A stretch of DNA of 64,000 bases, taken from NCBI RefSeq assembly GCF_964355755.1, contig NC_092673.1, forward strand, positions 31,121,648 to 31,185,647, written 5' to 3'. The notes under the pieces were generated by a model that was not told the origin of the DNA, searched no databases, and saw only the letters and a list, made by a program, of their open reading frames with translations. The position numbers and the translations under genes were made by a program. Below are positions 1 to 12,521 of this stretch, piece after piece. How positions within the stretch are numbered: position 1 is the first letter of the stretch; every line of letters starts with the position of its first letter. The stretch comes from Antedon mediterranea (Eukaryota > Animalia > Echinodermata).

Positions 1-1081
1 TTAACGCAAAACACTTTTTAGATGGATATATGCCCTATGTTTATATTATTGTTATTATTACTAGAGGGTATAGAGGGTTTTAGAAGAACGTTCTGGCTCA
101 CTTGGACGGTTCGGTCGCTTACCATTATTGAAATGCTTGATATTCGTAAAACTAAACCTATACTCTGTTTCACAGTGTCTTGGGATGATTAATAACATTG
201 TATATAGTGTTTATTGTTTGGTAGGACCTTTGTGGGGCAGAGGTAGGAAGGCGGAATTCATTTAAGGGAGGTGCTTATTCGAGGGATACGTTACATTTTG
301 TAATATGGTAACATTTATAATCAAATAAAATCCTCTAATAGATATGAAAAATGGTAAAAAAGAATAACAATGCTTGGTAAATTGTAGATAACAGTCCGAT
401 GAATTCTACTACAAATAGTATTGTGTTATAAAAATATAATACAATAGTGTGTGTGTAAATGGGGATGGGCGTTTATTAGATTCGTTGGGTGAGGTGGTGG
501 CGTTTATTAATTGATGTTTTATCGGGGAGGTGTTTATTCAAATAAAGACCATCCAAATTGGATTTTGGCTTAAGAAGGTATACGTTTTAGACGGCTTGCA
601 ACATGGGCAGAAGTATCCCAGGGTCATAACGGGACACAGATAGCCCACAGTTATTCCTGCCATCTTACTCGGCTATCAGGATTTCACTCGATTTCAAACA
701 AAAGGTCTTATCATCAGTTTCCCGATGTAATTTTATATACTATTTCCCACAATATACCCAGATGCTTTATGAATATATTTAAATTGATCTTTATTAATTT
801 GCAGTATATTTTTATTTTGCTAACTACTGTACCTTGACGCGCGCGGTTAAAACCTGGAAGTTGCAAGGTGATGACTCACCGTGAACCCGGAAATTACTTC
901 TACCGCGTACGGTTAAAAATCTACCGATGAAATCAGAAATTTGGTTTTAAACCGCTTTATAAAATCTTCCCAAGATAGAAATATGGAACAATATCGTAAT
1001 AGTGAGAACTAATGTTATCAAATTTACGTTTCGCGGTACATCTAAAACAGATGAGGTAGGTATCCAAAGCGGAGATTTGTC

Positions 1082-1156
1082 CCGAAGTTTTTCCATTGTG
1101 CTCGCCTATGTCAGAATTTCGAAGTTTTTGCATTGTGCTCGCCTATGTCAGAATTA
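1082..1156. repeat. 37-bp direct repeat, 2 copies
   Basis: cgaagttttt.cattgtgctcgcctatgtcagaatt occurs twice. Confidence 0.9.
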
Positions 1157-1890
1157 ACCATAATTTATATATAGATATATATATATTATTATTTTTTTTT
1201 TTCCTGGGAGTAGCCATCCTAAACAGTATCGTGTTTAAAGAGGCATTCTGCAATTGTCCGAATTTAATGGTCTAGAATGGTGGATTTCCGTATATTCAAA
1301 TTTAACTTGAAATCTAACATGGTATTTTTGCGTTAAATGAATATCATTTTACGTTATTAAAGTACGAATTATCTTTGTATTTTGTCGATATTCTTGCGTC
1401 TCGGAGTTTTCAAAGGAATTTATTTATATATTTTGATAGGACATTATATTTTTCAATAAGATCATTATCTACTTTAAAACTCTATCAAACATGGTAGAAA
1501 AACGATCAAACAATCCGAAATAACCTCGTATTGTATTCGCTAAAATATAGGTATGCCGACAGATAAGGGCACAACGATCGAATGATCGAAAACCATTAAT
1601 ATATTGGCCTACTGTATTTCGCGGTAAAAAAGACATAACTGTCGAATAAGCGAAAATTATTTCGTATAGGCCCACTGAGGTACATTCGCTAAAAATGTAT
1701 CGCGTTAGAAAAGGAATAACAGTCGAATAATCGATTAAGCGAAAGCGATTAAATTATTATTACCATCCACTCATTGTTTACTTTATTTTGCCATATACTT
1801 CTCATTGCTAAGTTATGGATAAGTATTGTATAATAGATTGTAATTTATTTAATATCGATTCAATTTAGCTGCCAAATTTAATTATTGTTC

Positions 1891-3100
1891 AAAATGAATG
1901 AGAACATATTACAATCATATTGCTATGATTAGCCTATAGGCCCTATGCATCATTTTAATGACAAACAAAAAATAACCAATTTTTATTTATTCAAGAAGAT
2001 ATGTTCGAATTCAAATAGTAGCCCAATAGGGGCGTATGAAGGATGCGGGGAAATGAGAAGGATAATGCTGGGATACAGGATCCTGATTTTGTCTATGTCT
2101 AATACACTGCCTATTATTGTAAGTACTAGACGATACGATCATAAATATCATTCATATTATTAATGTACTCTAGTAAACGTCACTCACGTTGAGATTTCCT
2201 AGTATCGAACCCACCATTCCGTTCATTAAAAGCCAGAATAATTGATAACCATGCAAGGACATGTCGACAATAATACTCTTTACCTCATTGATAAGTTAAT
2301 TGTTTTGTATATATTCATTCATTATTATCTAAATAAATATTATCTATCTGAAATATTGCATTAAGATCATTTAAGTCGTTATCATCTCACAGCGTTAAGC
2401 ACAGCTCCTCATTCAGGGGATTGCTCAACTATAAAATGCATAGTAACAGCAAGAATAGCAATAACACTCAACAATTGTTCAGAGGTGTGCGTGCGTAAGT
2501 TGGAATTGTGTACGAAATTGTAAGTTGTTTTCGAAGAATAATGGATAGTTACATGTCAACAGTTCGTATCTTATATAATGACATGTTAATGGTTTACCGT
2601 TTATCGTTAATGATATTACACGGTTGTACTGTACCATTAGTAAGCATCTTCAACTTTTATACAAACCGTGTGTTGATGGTATCTTAAACAATTAACTTAT
2701 CAATGAGGTAAAGAGTATTATTGTCGACATGTCCTTGCATGGTTATCAATTATTCTGGCTTTTAATGAACGGAATGGTGGGTTCGATACTAGGAAATCTC
2801 AACGTGAGTGACGTTTACTAGAGTACATTAATAATATGAATGATATTTATGATCGTATCGTCTAGTACTTACAATAATAGGCAGTGTATTAGACATAGAC
2901 AAAATCAGGATCCTGTATCCCAGCATTATCCTTCTCATTTCCCCGCATCCTTCATACGCCCCTATTGGGCTACTATTTGAATTCGAACATATCTTCTTGA
3001 ATAAATAAAAATTGGTTATTTTTTGTTTGTCATTAAAATGATGCATAGGGCCTATAGGCTAATCATAGCAATATGATTGTAATATGTTCTCATTCATTTT
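1891..3100. repeat. 415-bp inverted duplication (1891-2305 / 2686-3100) with a 380-bp spacer
   Basis: Arms appear identical; identical 72-aa ORFs on opposite strands. Confidence 0.95.
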
Positions 3101-4829
3101 CATAACTGACAATAAGCAACAATTATACTATCTACAATTTTGAATCGTATTTTCAGTTGATATATGGAAAAAAATGCGCAGAATTAGTAGCGTTCCCGAG
3201 TACATGCTTAAAGGGTATAGCTCCGACTTTCAACTCAATTAATTAAATTTCCCAAAATAAACTTTTGCAGCAACATTGTTATAACCCCCACTTATATTTC
3301 GACAGCGCTGAAGCAGAAAGAGCGTAAAAAGTGCTACAGGATGTTTGTTGTAATTGTTTTATTTTATGATTATTTTAAAAAAAAGAAATTTTAAATCTGA
3401 AGATATCCTTTAATATAAGATAACATTCACTAGTTTAACGAAAATAATGTTCTTGGTATTAGTGAATGCTTGGATAAATGCTTGTGACGTGTGAGGTTAA
3501 GTAAATTGTTAACATATTCCATTATTAGGTATTCGGTCAATAGCCCCGATAGAAAATGTTGCTGTAAATGCTGAGTTATCAATTATCATTTCTTTATGAA
3601 GCTGGACTATTTTAGAAAACAACAATTTGTCAATAGGCACGGACTTCATCAACGGCTTTCGAATTATAATCTCTCCACTTATGTACATCGTCAACTAATT
3701 AATCATTTTGTTTATCAATTATTATTATTTCAAAACAGACGGCTCTTTGTCGGTTATTCGCGTCATCGTGACAAAGGACGCATACTGTACGCGCGCGTTA
3801 AACGCAGATGTTCGGCTTTTGTACGCCGCATAAATTTTAAGTATGGCGTAAATATGGATTTTCTGTAACTATATTGAGATTAAAAACGTGGTATATGTGA
3901 TCTAGTTAGTGCACCTTGATAAGATTCTTCATTTTATTTTCATCACAGTTTAAATAATTAATTTTGATAATACTTAACCATACTTCAATCTCTAGGCCTA
4001 ATTGATAAGATAAGATAAGATAATTATTATATACATTATTAATTGTTTTAATACCATATTGAACTTTAATCATTCTCATTGATGAGGAGGGTGTTATGCT
4101 AATTATAACTTATTTTAAGCTTGGCATCATACTATAATGCCGTTATGCTCCAAAGGCGTTGTCCAAAATCCAGAACTTTTTTATTTACCATCTGTATCTA
4201 TCTATGAGGCGCTATAATATAATCTATGACTAACACATCATAGACGAGTACATTTGTAATCGACGTGTGCAATTTTCTTTATGAATAAGAAATCAGCATA
4301 AAAAGTAGTCCCCTGTAGATAAAACATGCTAGTTATCGTAATAGTTTGTTGGGTTCTGTCAGTAGGTGGAATGTCATCCTGAGATTGGTAGTAGTAATTA
4401 GTCTTATTTTATTTCATTTATATGTAATTTTTACTTTCTATGGACCAGAGATTCCGAAATAAAAGATTGAATGAATAGACCTAATTTTAGACATAGATCA
4501 TCTATTAAAGGAAAATTCGTTTAAATTATGCGTTTGTTTATTGTATTAGTTTGCAATGTGATACTATACAACCAGATCACGTTTTGCTTCTGAACCTACG
4601 CAATTCAAATTTAAATAGTTAATAAGAGATATCAAATGAGAGAAGAAGAAAACAATGAAATCCGTTGATAGAACCGTAACCGCTCGTGCATTGTACTAAT
4701 AACTATAATTTTGAATAAATTTCGAGGACTAAGTTCTCAAGTGAATGTTCTGGTGTTGTAGATAACAGTAATTTTATGGTTCTCTACATCCTTAAACAAC
4801 TTAAATGTTACCTTTTGAACTTGTGTTTC

Positions 4830-5262
4830 TTCCCCCCCCCCCTTCTCTCTCTCTCTCTCCTCCTGTCCTTCCCCCCCCCCCCCCTCTCTCTCTGTCTATA
4901 AATCTGTTTTATAATAATTATTAATAATGTATAAAAATTACTATATAGTTATAATATATAGTATAATTATGATTATTTATGTACGCTGGCAAGATAAGGA
5001 AGATTCTGGATTCAGTTCTTTTCTGTGTCCCTGTTCATCTCCCCCCCCCCCCCTCCCCCTCTCTTTCTCTCTCTCTCTCACCCCTCCCCCTATCAATCTG
5101 TTTTATAATATTAATAATGTATAAAAACTACTATATAGTTATAATATATAGTATAATTATGATTATTTATGTACGCTGGCATGATAAGGAAGATTCTGGA
5201 TTCAGTTCTTTTCTGTGTCTCTGTTCATCTCCCCCCCCCCCCTCCCTCTCTCTCGTCTCTGC
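4830..5262. repeat. ~190-bp tandem duplication bounded by C/CT-rich tracts
   Basis: aatctgttttataata...gattctggattcagttcttttctgtgtc.ctgttcatctccccc at ~4901 and ~5095. Confidence 0.9.
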
Positions 5263-5337
5263 CTTGTTTGTTTATTTCATGTTTTTTATCATGTAATTTT
5301 AATATAAGAACAAACGGAAAGAACCACACAAACAAAC

Positions 5338-6298
5338 TATTATACAGATATTGACTGCTTAGAGGTTAAATATAAGATTTGACATCCCCGAGGGAATGAT
5401 ATTAAGTTCGAGGGAATATATATTTCCCGAAGCGCCAGCTGAGGGAAATATATATTCCCCGAAAACTTAATATCATTCCCGAGGGGATGTCAAATCTTAT
5501 ATTTAACCGATATAAAAGGCAATATCTGTTATATTATATAGCCAAGAACAAGTCTGCTGGGTTGGGTGAAGCTAGGCTAGCTAGGCCTCCTTATATAGTA
5601 TTTGTAATTGTATTGTATTTAAAACAAGCCTGCCTAGACACCTTACCTTGCGAAGAATAATATACAGATAATTACTAATTAATGATTCCTTGGCAATAAA
5701 ATATTCACTTAGGCCTAGGTCGTTTAAATTAACAGAAGAATTTCCATCAATAAGCCTATTAATAATAATATTATAATCAGGTAGGCCGAATAAACAATTC
5801 GTCGTCTTCTCGATCTTCGAGGAGCCGAATCACCGGATGTTCAGCGCGTACTAGTTACTAGGTTACTACCGTGAGTATTGACCAATCATAAACGGTGTTT
5901 CATCACATTTAGGGTGGACTTATAACAAATGAGGGCGCTATGTATGCATAACTTAAATAGTTTAGAAGATTAATTTCTTCAAGCAAATTCCGTGGCCCAG
6001 CGGATGAAACGTTGTCTTGCGATGGAGTGACAATTCCACCCGAGTTCAAGATCGAGTAAATGACTTTTGTTTATTTATCGGCAAACTCGAGTGTTGCACA
6101 CGAAACTTACACAGTCAATATCATCGTACTCGAGAATTTATATGATTAATGACAGGGGACACGATTATTACGCGAAAATTACACAGTCAATATCATCGTT
6201 CTCGAGGATATATACGATTTACGATCCTCGCAGCGGTAGTCATGTGATGCAGTTTCAACCAATCACGTTCGCGTATTTACATAGGCTATGTAATATAA
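5338..6298. mobile_element. Non-autonomous element with a long internal hairpin (Crypton-like)
   Basis: Inverted repeat 5340-5535 around the loop gaagcgccagct; end motif accaatcacgttcgcgtattt...tgtaatataa; architecture recalled from Crypton-type repeats of marine invertebrates. Confidence 0.5.
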
Positions 6299-7037
6299 CT
6301 ATCTATTTGATCAACATTTAACTTTTTTCAAAGATTAAAATACAAATTTAATTTTTTAGAGTTGACTTCAAATTGAAAAAAAAAAATTAGTTGTAGCAAA
6401 GAACATTTGTCAATTGCGTTTCTAAAAGGTACTGTTTTTTAATCATCTCCCGTTTGTCAAAAATATTAAAAGATCAAAAAAGTTTATTAGACATACTTCT
6501 TTGTTGTTAACTGTATCATGCCTAAATGACATGTCCTTAAATTGAATATAATTGCTATTCTTTCTAGCAGCTAAATAACATGTCATAACTTACCGTAGGC
6601 CAACAAGTTATGTGTGCGTCTCTAATTTAGCCTAATTTTGCCCTTTGGGAAATTACAAAAGAGAAATATTGTGAGTTTTGTTTGACGTACTCGTACAATA
6701 AATTAAAAAGTATACATTTTGTATATGACCTGATTTTGGGTTGAGTATAATTCTTCACGAGATGATTATTTATTTATTTATTATATTTATTTATTTTTTG
6801 GAAGGTGAGGGTGCCTTAATAGTAACTCTTTTGTGTACAAAATATTTTATTGTATGAATATTCAATTCCATTGGTATCAATCAACATGTTTCATAAACGT
6901 TAAGGAAGTTATTATAATTACGCTAACGCACGTTAAACCCGCATACTGCACTTGGACGATCGAAACGGAGTGTATAATAAAACAAACTTAAACTTAAACT
7001 TAAGTCAGTTGATCAATATTATTGATCAACTGACTTA

Positions 7038-8476
7038 AGTTTGGTTCGCACTTAGACGCAACGCAAGGACGTAAAGCGTGGTTCCCACTAGCGACGCAAC
7101 ACAAGGAAATTGACCAATCACAAGCGATGGCTATTCGCTTGTGATTGCTAACTGTCTATAACTTCGCTTGTCATTGGTTAAAACGCTTGCGTTGCGTTTA
7201 CGTCCTTGCGTTACGTTCTAGTGGGAACCAAGCTTTAGCCGCAACTCAAGCGAATTGACCAATCAGAAACGACAGTTCGAATAATCCATCGCTTTTGATT
7301 GGTCAATTCGCTTGTCAATTCGACTTATATCCTTGCGTTGCGTCCTGGTGGGAACCAAACTTAAGTCAGTGAATCAATTACACCGCCGCGTTTCATTCAC
7401 GTGTGAATCAAGCTTAACTTTACGTTTACTAACGTGTCTTATTGCTAGGGTATACAGAACTAGATATTGAGTGATCATGATGCATAATGTAGTATTGTAC
7501 CAGAGAAGATGGACATTCTTTTACCTAAAATGTGATTGGCGTTTCATATTAACTTTTAATTTAAACATGTTTAGCCCAATTAAGGAACATTATTGCAATA
7601 ATTATGCTTTTGCTAAATGAACATAGTAAGCTTGCCATATATACCGTAGTGCTAACGGTGTAAGATGCAGAAAAGAAAACTAATCGATAACTGCTGTTGC
7701 TCAAAAAATCACTCGATTTGACGCTGCTACAATTCGGGAGACGACCAAGCTAAGGTCAGGTCAGGTCAATTGATGTGTCGTCGGTCGTCGTCTGGACCTA
7801 AAACATCATACCTGTGACGTGTCGAGGTAAGGTGCGATGACGCGCGTACATCACGTAATTTGGTCATCGGTTGTCGCAAATTGGTCATCAGTAAAGCGTG
7901 GTTCCCACTAGCGACGCAACGCAAGAACGTAACGCAGCGCAAGTGAATTGACCAATCACAAGCGATGGCTTATTCGCTTGTGATTGCTAACTGTCTATAA
8001 CTTTGCTTGTCATTGGTTAAAACGCTTACGTTACGTTTACGTCCTTGCGTTACTTTCTAGTGGGAACCAAGCTTAAACGTGCGCAGTTCGCTAAGCGTAG
8101 TTTCCACTCTAGAACGCAACGCAGCGACGTATCGACGCAAAGTACTGTATTAAGTAATCACAACCGACGCAATAGTGCTGCAAACATCGCAGGTTTGATT
8201 TCACGCAGACGGGGGAAAACACAATTATAAAGCGTGGTTCCCACTAGCGACGCAACACAAGGACGTAACGCAACGCAAGTGAATTGACCAATCACAAGCG
8301 ATGGCTTATTCGCTTGTGATTGCTAACTGTCTATAACTTCGCTTGTCATTGGTTAAAACGCTTGCGTTGCGTTTACGTCCTTGCGTTACGTTCTAGTGGG
8401 AACCAAGCTTTAGAAGGTTATTGCTTACGTTGCGTAGATTGCGTTACGTTGCGTCGCTACTTGGAACCAAGCTTTA
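7038..8476. mobile_element. Cluster of nested PIF/Harbinger-type MITEs (families A and B)
   Basis: TIR AGC(G/T)TGGTTCCCACTAG with TAA/TTA flanks; copies 7038-7361 (hosting 7075-7234), 7895-8073, 8095-8473 (hosting 8231-8409). Confidence 0.85.
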
Positions 8477-9366
8477 CGCGTTATTCTTTCGTAGGAAGTC
8501 CTTTCTAACCACAGGTATATGTCTTTATTAACAATAACATTTTGACCTTATCGTGATTGTTGAAAATCTAATGACGTGTCATCGATCCACGTACAAAATA
8601 TTTCAATTACGTCTATATGAAAAAATCGTAACTTGTCACGAGCTTGAATAATTTTATCAGCTTTGCAATCCACAGGCCTAAGATAGACAAAATAATACGA
8701 TCAGCTTTATTCCATAAAAATCCTTCTACATTAGTTATGATTGGTTTCCACTTGCACGCAATGCAAAAACGCACGCGCAATGCTAACAAGTGATGTGATT
8801 GACCTCGTGTTGCACTCGTTTCGTTCCGTCGCGTCCTAGTATCTGACTTTTCTCTGGTGGAGGTGGGCACTGGACGAGAGAAGCCCTTGATAAATGTTAG
8901 GACCAATCAAGGTGCTTTAAACAGTCCTGGCTTTGTTTGTTAGTGCCGGTAATTATCTCTGTTGATTTCGATTGAATAAAATAAAAACTAGAAAGCCACT
9001 CCGAGAGTGCATACCTCCGCCTACTGTAAAATTCTCCTACATAAGATTTCTCCGGTAAAAAAAAAAATATATATATATTTGTGTGTGTCTTAATGCTGTT
9101 TGTGATTTAGGCTAATTTCATTACAAGCATGTGTATGCGAGTTTGGTGCAATGGTTATGTAACAAGCCTTTCAATTAACAATAGCTTCAGTTGACTAACA
9201 ATAGAACAGCAACGCGAAAATCAAACGAGTGAATTTGAAAAGAAATAGGTTTTTTTAACTACTCGCATCAAAAAACGTGCACATTAAATCAAATTATGTT
9301 TTAAAATTACAAATCACAAATTATAACTCTAAAGCGTGGTTCCCACTAGAACGCAACGCAATGACG

Positions 9367-11979
9367 CACAGTGGGCCAGAATCAATTCAAAGTGTGCCAA
9401 AAGTCCAAAATGGTAAATGTGGCATTCCGAACTTTTTAATATTGGATTAGGAAGAAGACATCTTAAATTATATAAATCCACTAATAATTTAATTTTTTGT
9501 AAATTTTAATAGTGTCTTGTAACCATGCAAACTTGAAGAAACCATGACATTTCACTTAAAATGAGCAAAAACAACAGTTTTGATAAATTCGCTGTTATTT
9601 TTTCTAGAAAAAAGCAATGGATTTGATACTGCATGAAATTGTTGTCTGTTATTAATACTTAGGCAGTAAAATAACATTTTCGATTATTGCTTTATTTTAC
9701 GGTTAAAAGTCACAAAATATAGCCCAAAAATACCAAAAAAATCATATTTTAAAGTAAAACCATTAAAATAGTTTGGATTCGCGTCGATTCGCGTGCTAAT
9801 TTTGACATTAATATTTCGAGCAAAGCTTGAGCTTTACGTTAATACCAAATTTGGCTGCGAAAAATCGCGACATTGCATATAGGAAGCTATTTAAATGTCC
9901 CGTTTTAAAATAAATGTATAATGCATTTTCATTGACACATTGATGTACCGCAATCGCACGAACTTGACGAAGAGAAAACCTTTCCACGACGCGTCTGTAT
10001 TGGAAAAGAGAATGCTACCAGTGTGAGAATAAGCATTCATAAATGTAGGTACAGGTAACATGGCCTCCATATCAAAATACAACCTTTAAAGCGGTCCATT
10101 CGGCTGGTTTAATTACCAACATTGAACTAGCCTGCAATGTATGTTTACGTAAATTGCGTTTACATTACAATGTAAGGAATGACGAGAACATACCAAAAGA
10201 ACTTTTGGAGTATACTACTAAAACTATCAAACCATTTTCTTTATTATTTACGAAGAAGATGGTACAAGTATGGCCGTCACAAGGTTCATTTCATCAACTA
10301 TATTAGTCAGAGAACCAGAAGAACTTCTCTATGCTGCTTCACTAGGCGTCTATAAGCAAAATTCACATTTAAAATATGTGCTGAAGTTTGCAATGCTAAC
10401 ACCATTAAGACCAGCTAAAATAAGAAAGTTAATATCCGAAAAAAAAACCAGAACCGATCAAGTTTACTAGTGAAATAGCTTTGTCACTTTTAGCTATAAG
10501 TTGAAACTGATATGACAAAACAGTCATACCAAACAGGTTTGTGGAACGTGAGGGAAGCTAAGCATAGATGCTACGTAAATAATATAACGGTTAAAGAAGA
10601 TTCGGCAAGAGTACCCATTCAAAGCTTGCTGGACCAAACTGCACTTCGAATTGTTCAGTTAAAAAAAGAAGAAATTAAAGAAGTAGTTGAACATAAAGAT
10701 ACTTCCTCGTGATTTTGCCGACCTGCAATTCAATATATTATTTGATATTAATTAACTATGAACTGGCTGCAGATGAAAACAGAAAAGACAACATCTAAAT
10801 ACACTACAATTTACAATTCACCATAGTTGACCAAAAGGTCGCGAATGCTTTGACTGAAACCAAGTATTCAATGCGATGTTATATATGTGAAGCTACTCCA
10901 AAACAGTTTAATGATTTGGATAAACTCCCATCGTCAAGTGAAGAAGCCTACAGCTATGGCTTTCGCCACTACACAAATTGAGTAGGTGCTTCGAAATGCT
11001 AATTCATATTGGTACAGAATGCCAGTAAAAAAAGTGGCGTATTTCGTCTGATAGTGAAAAAGCCATCGTTGCCGATACGAAGAAAAGAAATACACGATCG
11101 GTTTAAAGAAGATATAGGAATGAAAGTAGATGAACTTAAACAAGGTTCAGGAAAACAATGGCAACATAGCTTGCAGAGCTAGCTCTCCAGAAAAAGGAGA
11201 CTTTCGCTGAAATGTGCGGGTTGGATGTAAATCTAGTACTGTACGTGTTTAGACCCTTTTTAGGGACTACTGCCGAAAAACAGCAGAGTTATATATACAA
11301 CTCTATCCATGGTATAAAATGCCAGTGAGTGTACATGTTGTCCTAGTTCATGGTTCATCAATTATTTCGAGTTCTGTATTACTGATAGGTATGATGAGCG
11401 AAGAGTCTATCGACGTAAACATACAATGAAAACAAACGACAACATAAGTGATGTATTTCAGTCATTTAAACCTAACATGCAATAAAAACCTATTTTCAAT
11501 ATCAATATTATTCACACAATCAGAAAACAGTATTTGTAATGAAATCATACTGTACATTAAAAAGATGGTTTCATTGAACTCTGTGGATCTTTAAATAATT
11601 TAAGTACGTTTTAATCATGGATGAAATTTAATCACACATGATATTGCAATGAGAATTAAAGTCATCTAATCAAAAATTATTATTTTATGACGTCTAATAT
11701 GTTAAGAAAATGTTCCAGTTGGATTTATTGGGTGTAATAGAAACCCTTACACTTTCAATAATGAATGTAATATCAATCGACATAAGAATTACAAGCACAT
11801 TCGCCTCAACCAATCAGAAAACACCATCTGTATTACGTCATACCTATTTAAAAATACTTCCATTAAATTCTACGGGTCTGAAAACCCCTTAGATCCGATC
11901 CTTTAAAAATTAAGGTAATCAGTATTTATTTATGCGTATAGACTTTTGGCACACTTTGAACCAATTCTGGCCCACTGTG
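9367..11979 (+). mobile_element. Decayed Transib DNA transposon (RAG1-related) with 39-bp TIRs and 5-bp TSD
   Basis: TIR CACAGTGGGCCAGAATcaaTTCAAAGTGTGCCAAAAGTC at 9367-9405 and its inverse at 11941-11979 (3 mismatches); TSD tgacg/cgacg; inserted into a Harbinger MITE (9333-12091). Confidence 0.93.
10180..11460 (+). pseudogene. Transib transposase pseudogene
   Basis: Frameshifted fragments EAKHRCY..ITVKE.SARVPIQSLLDQTA.RI; SS*FCRP; FTIVDQKVANALTETKYSMRCYICEATPKQFNDL (2nd catalytic D, CxxC); EIHDRFKEDIGMKVDELKQGSG; YCRKTAELYIQLYPWYKMPVSVHVVLVHG..I....L.IGMMSEES (HxxxxH, catalytic E). Segment with the first catalytic D appears deleted. Confidence 0.9.
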
Positions 11980-12521
11980 CGACGTAGGTAGGTTTGATTT
12001 CACGCAGGCGGGGGAAAACACAATGATTTTAAGGGCATTTTCTTATGTTGCGTCTGTTGCGTTACGTTGCGTCGCTAGTGGGAACCACGCTTTAGGTTTA
12101 GCTTTAAGCGATTCACGGAATGGAAGACGGCGCCGTGTAATTATGTATAATTATGTTTTTGAAACGGAACAAGTGTGAATATATAATAAATATCAAGAAG
12201 TAACATATTATGTATGCCAACAAATTAAGATCTAAAATTAAATCTTTTCTAGAAATTAGTATTTTAGATATTGCTTAGAAGGTAATTATGACTAGTAATT
12301 GCAGTTTCGTAACTATTATGATGTATGAAACGCTAATTGGGCAACTATAATACCTTACCTTATAATGTTGATTTATTAAGATAATGGAGATGTACAGATG
12401 TACAACAAAATAATCTAATGATCTCAATGCCGGATTTAGTAAAAACCCTCCAATTACGACATAGATGCTTTTAGAAAGAATGGTCATTTTGTCTAGAAGA
12501 GGTTACAAGGGTAATTGATAA

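Noticed and set aside
1945-3046. Duplicated 72-aa gene pair
   Set aside because: By-product of the inverted duplication; no splice or protein-family evidence.
9367-11979. ProtoRAG/RAG1-RAG2 transposon or true V(D)J locus
   Set aside because: Only 2.6 kb, no RAG2-like kelch/PHD or RING region seen, motifs are Transib-type, and no V/J segments flank it.
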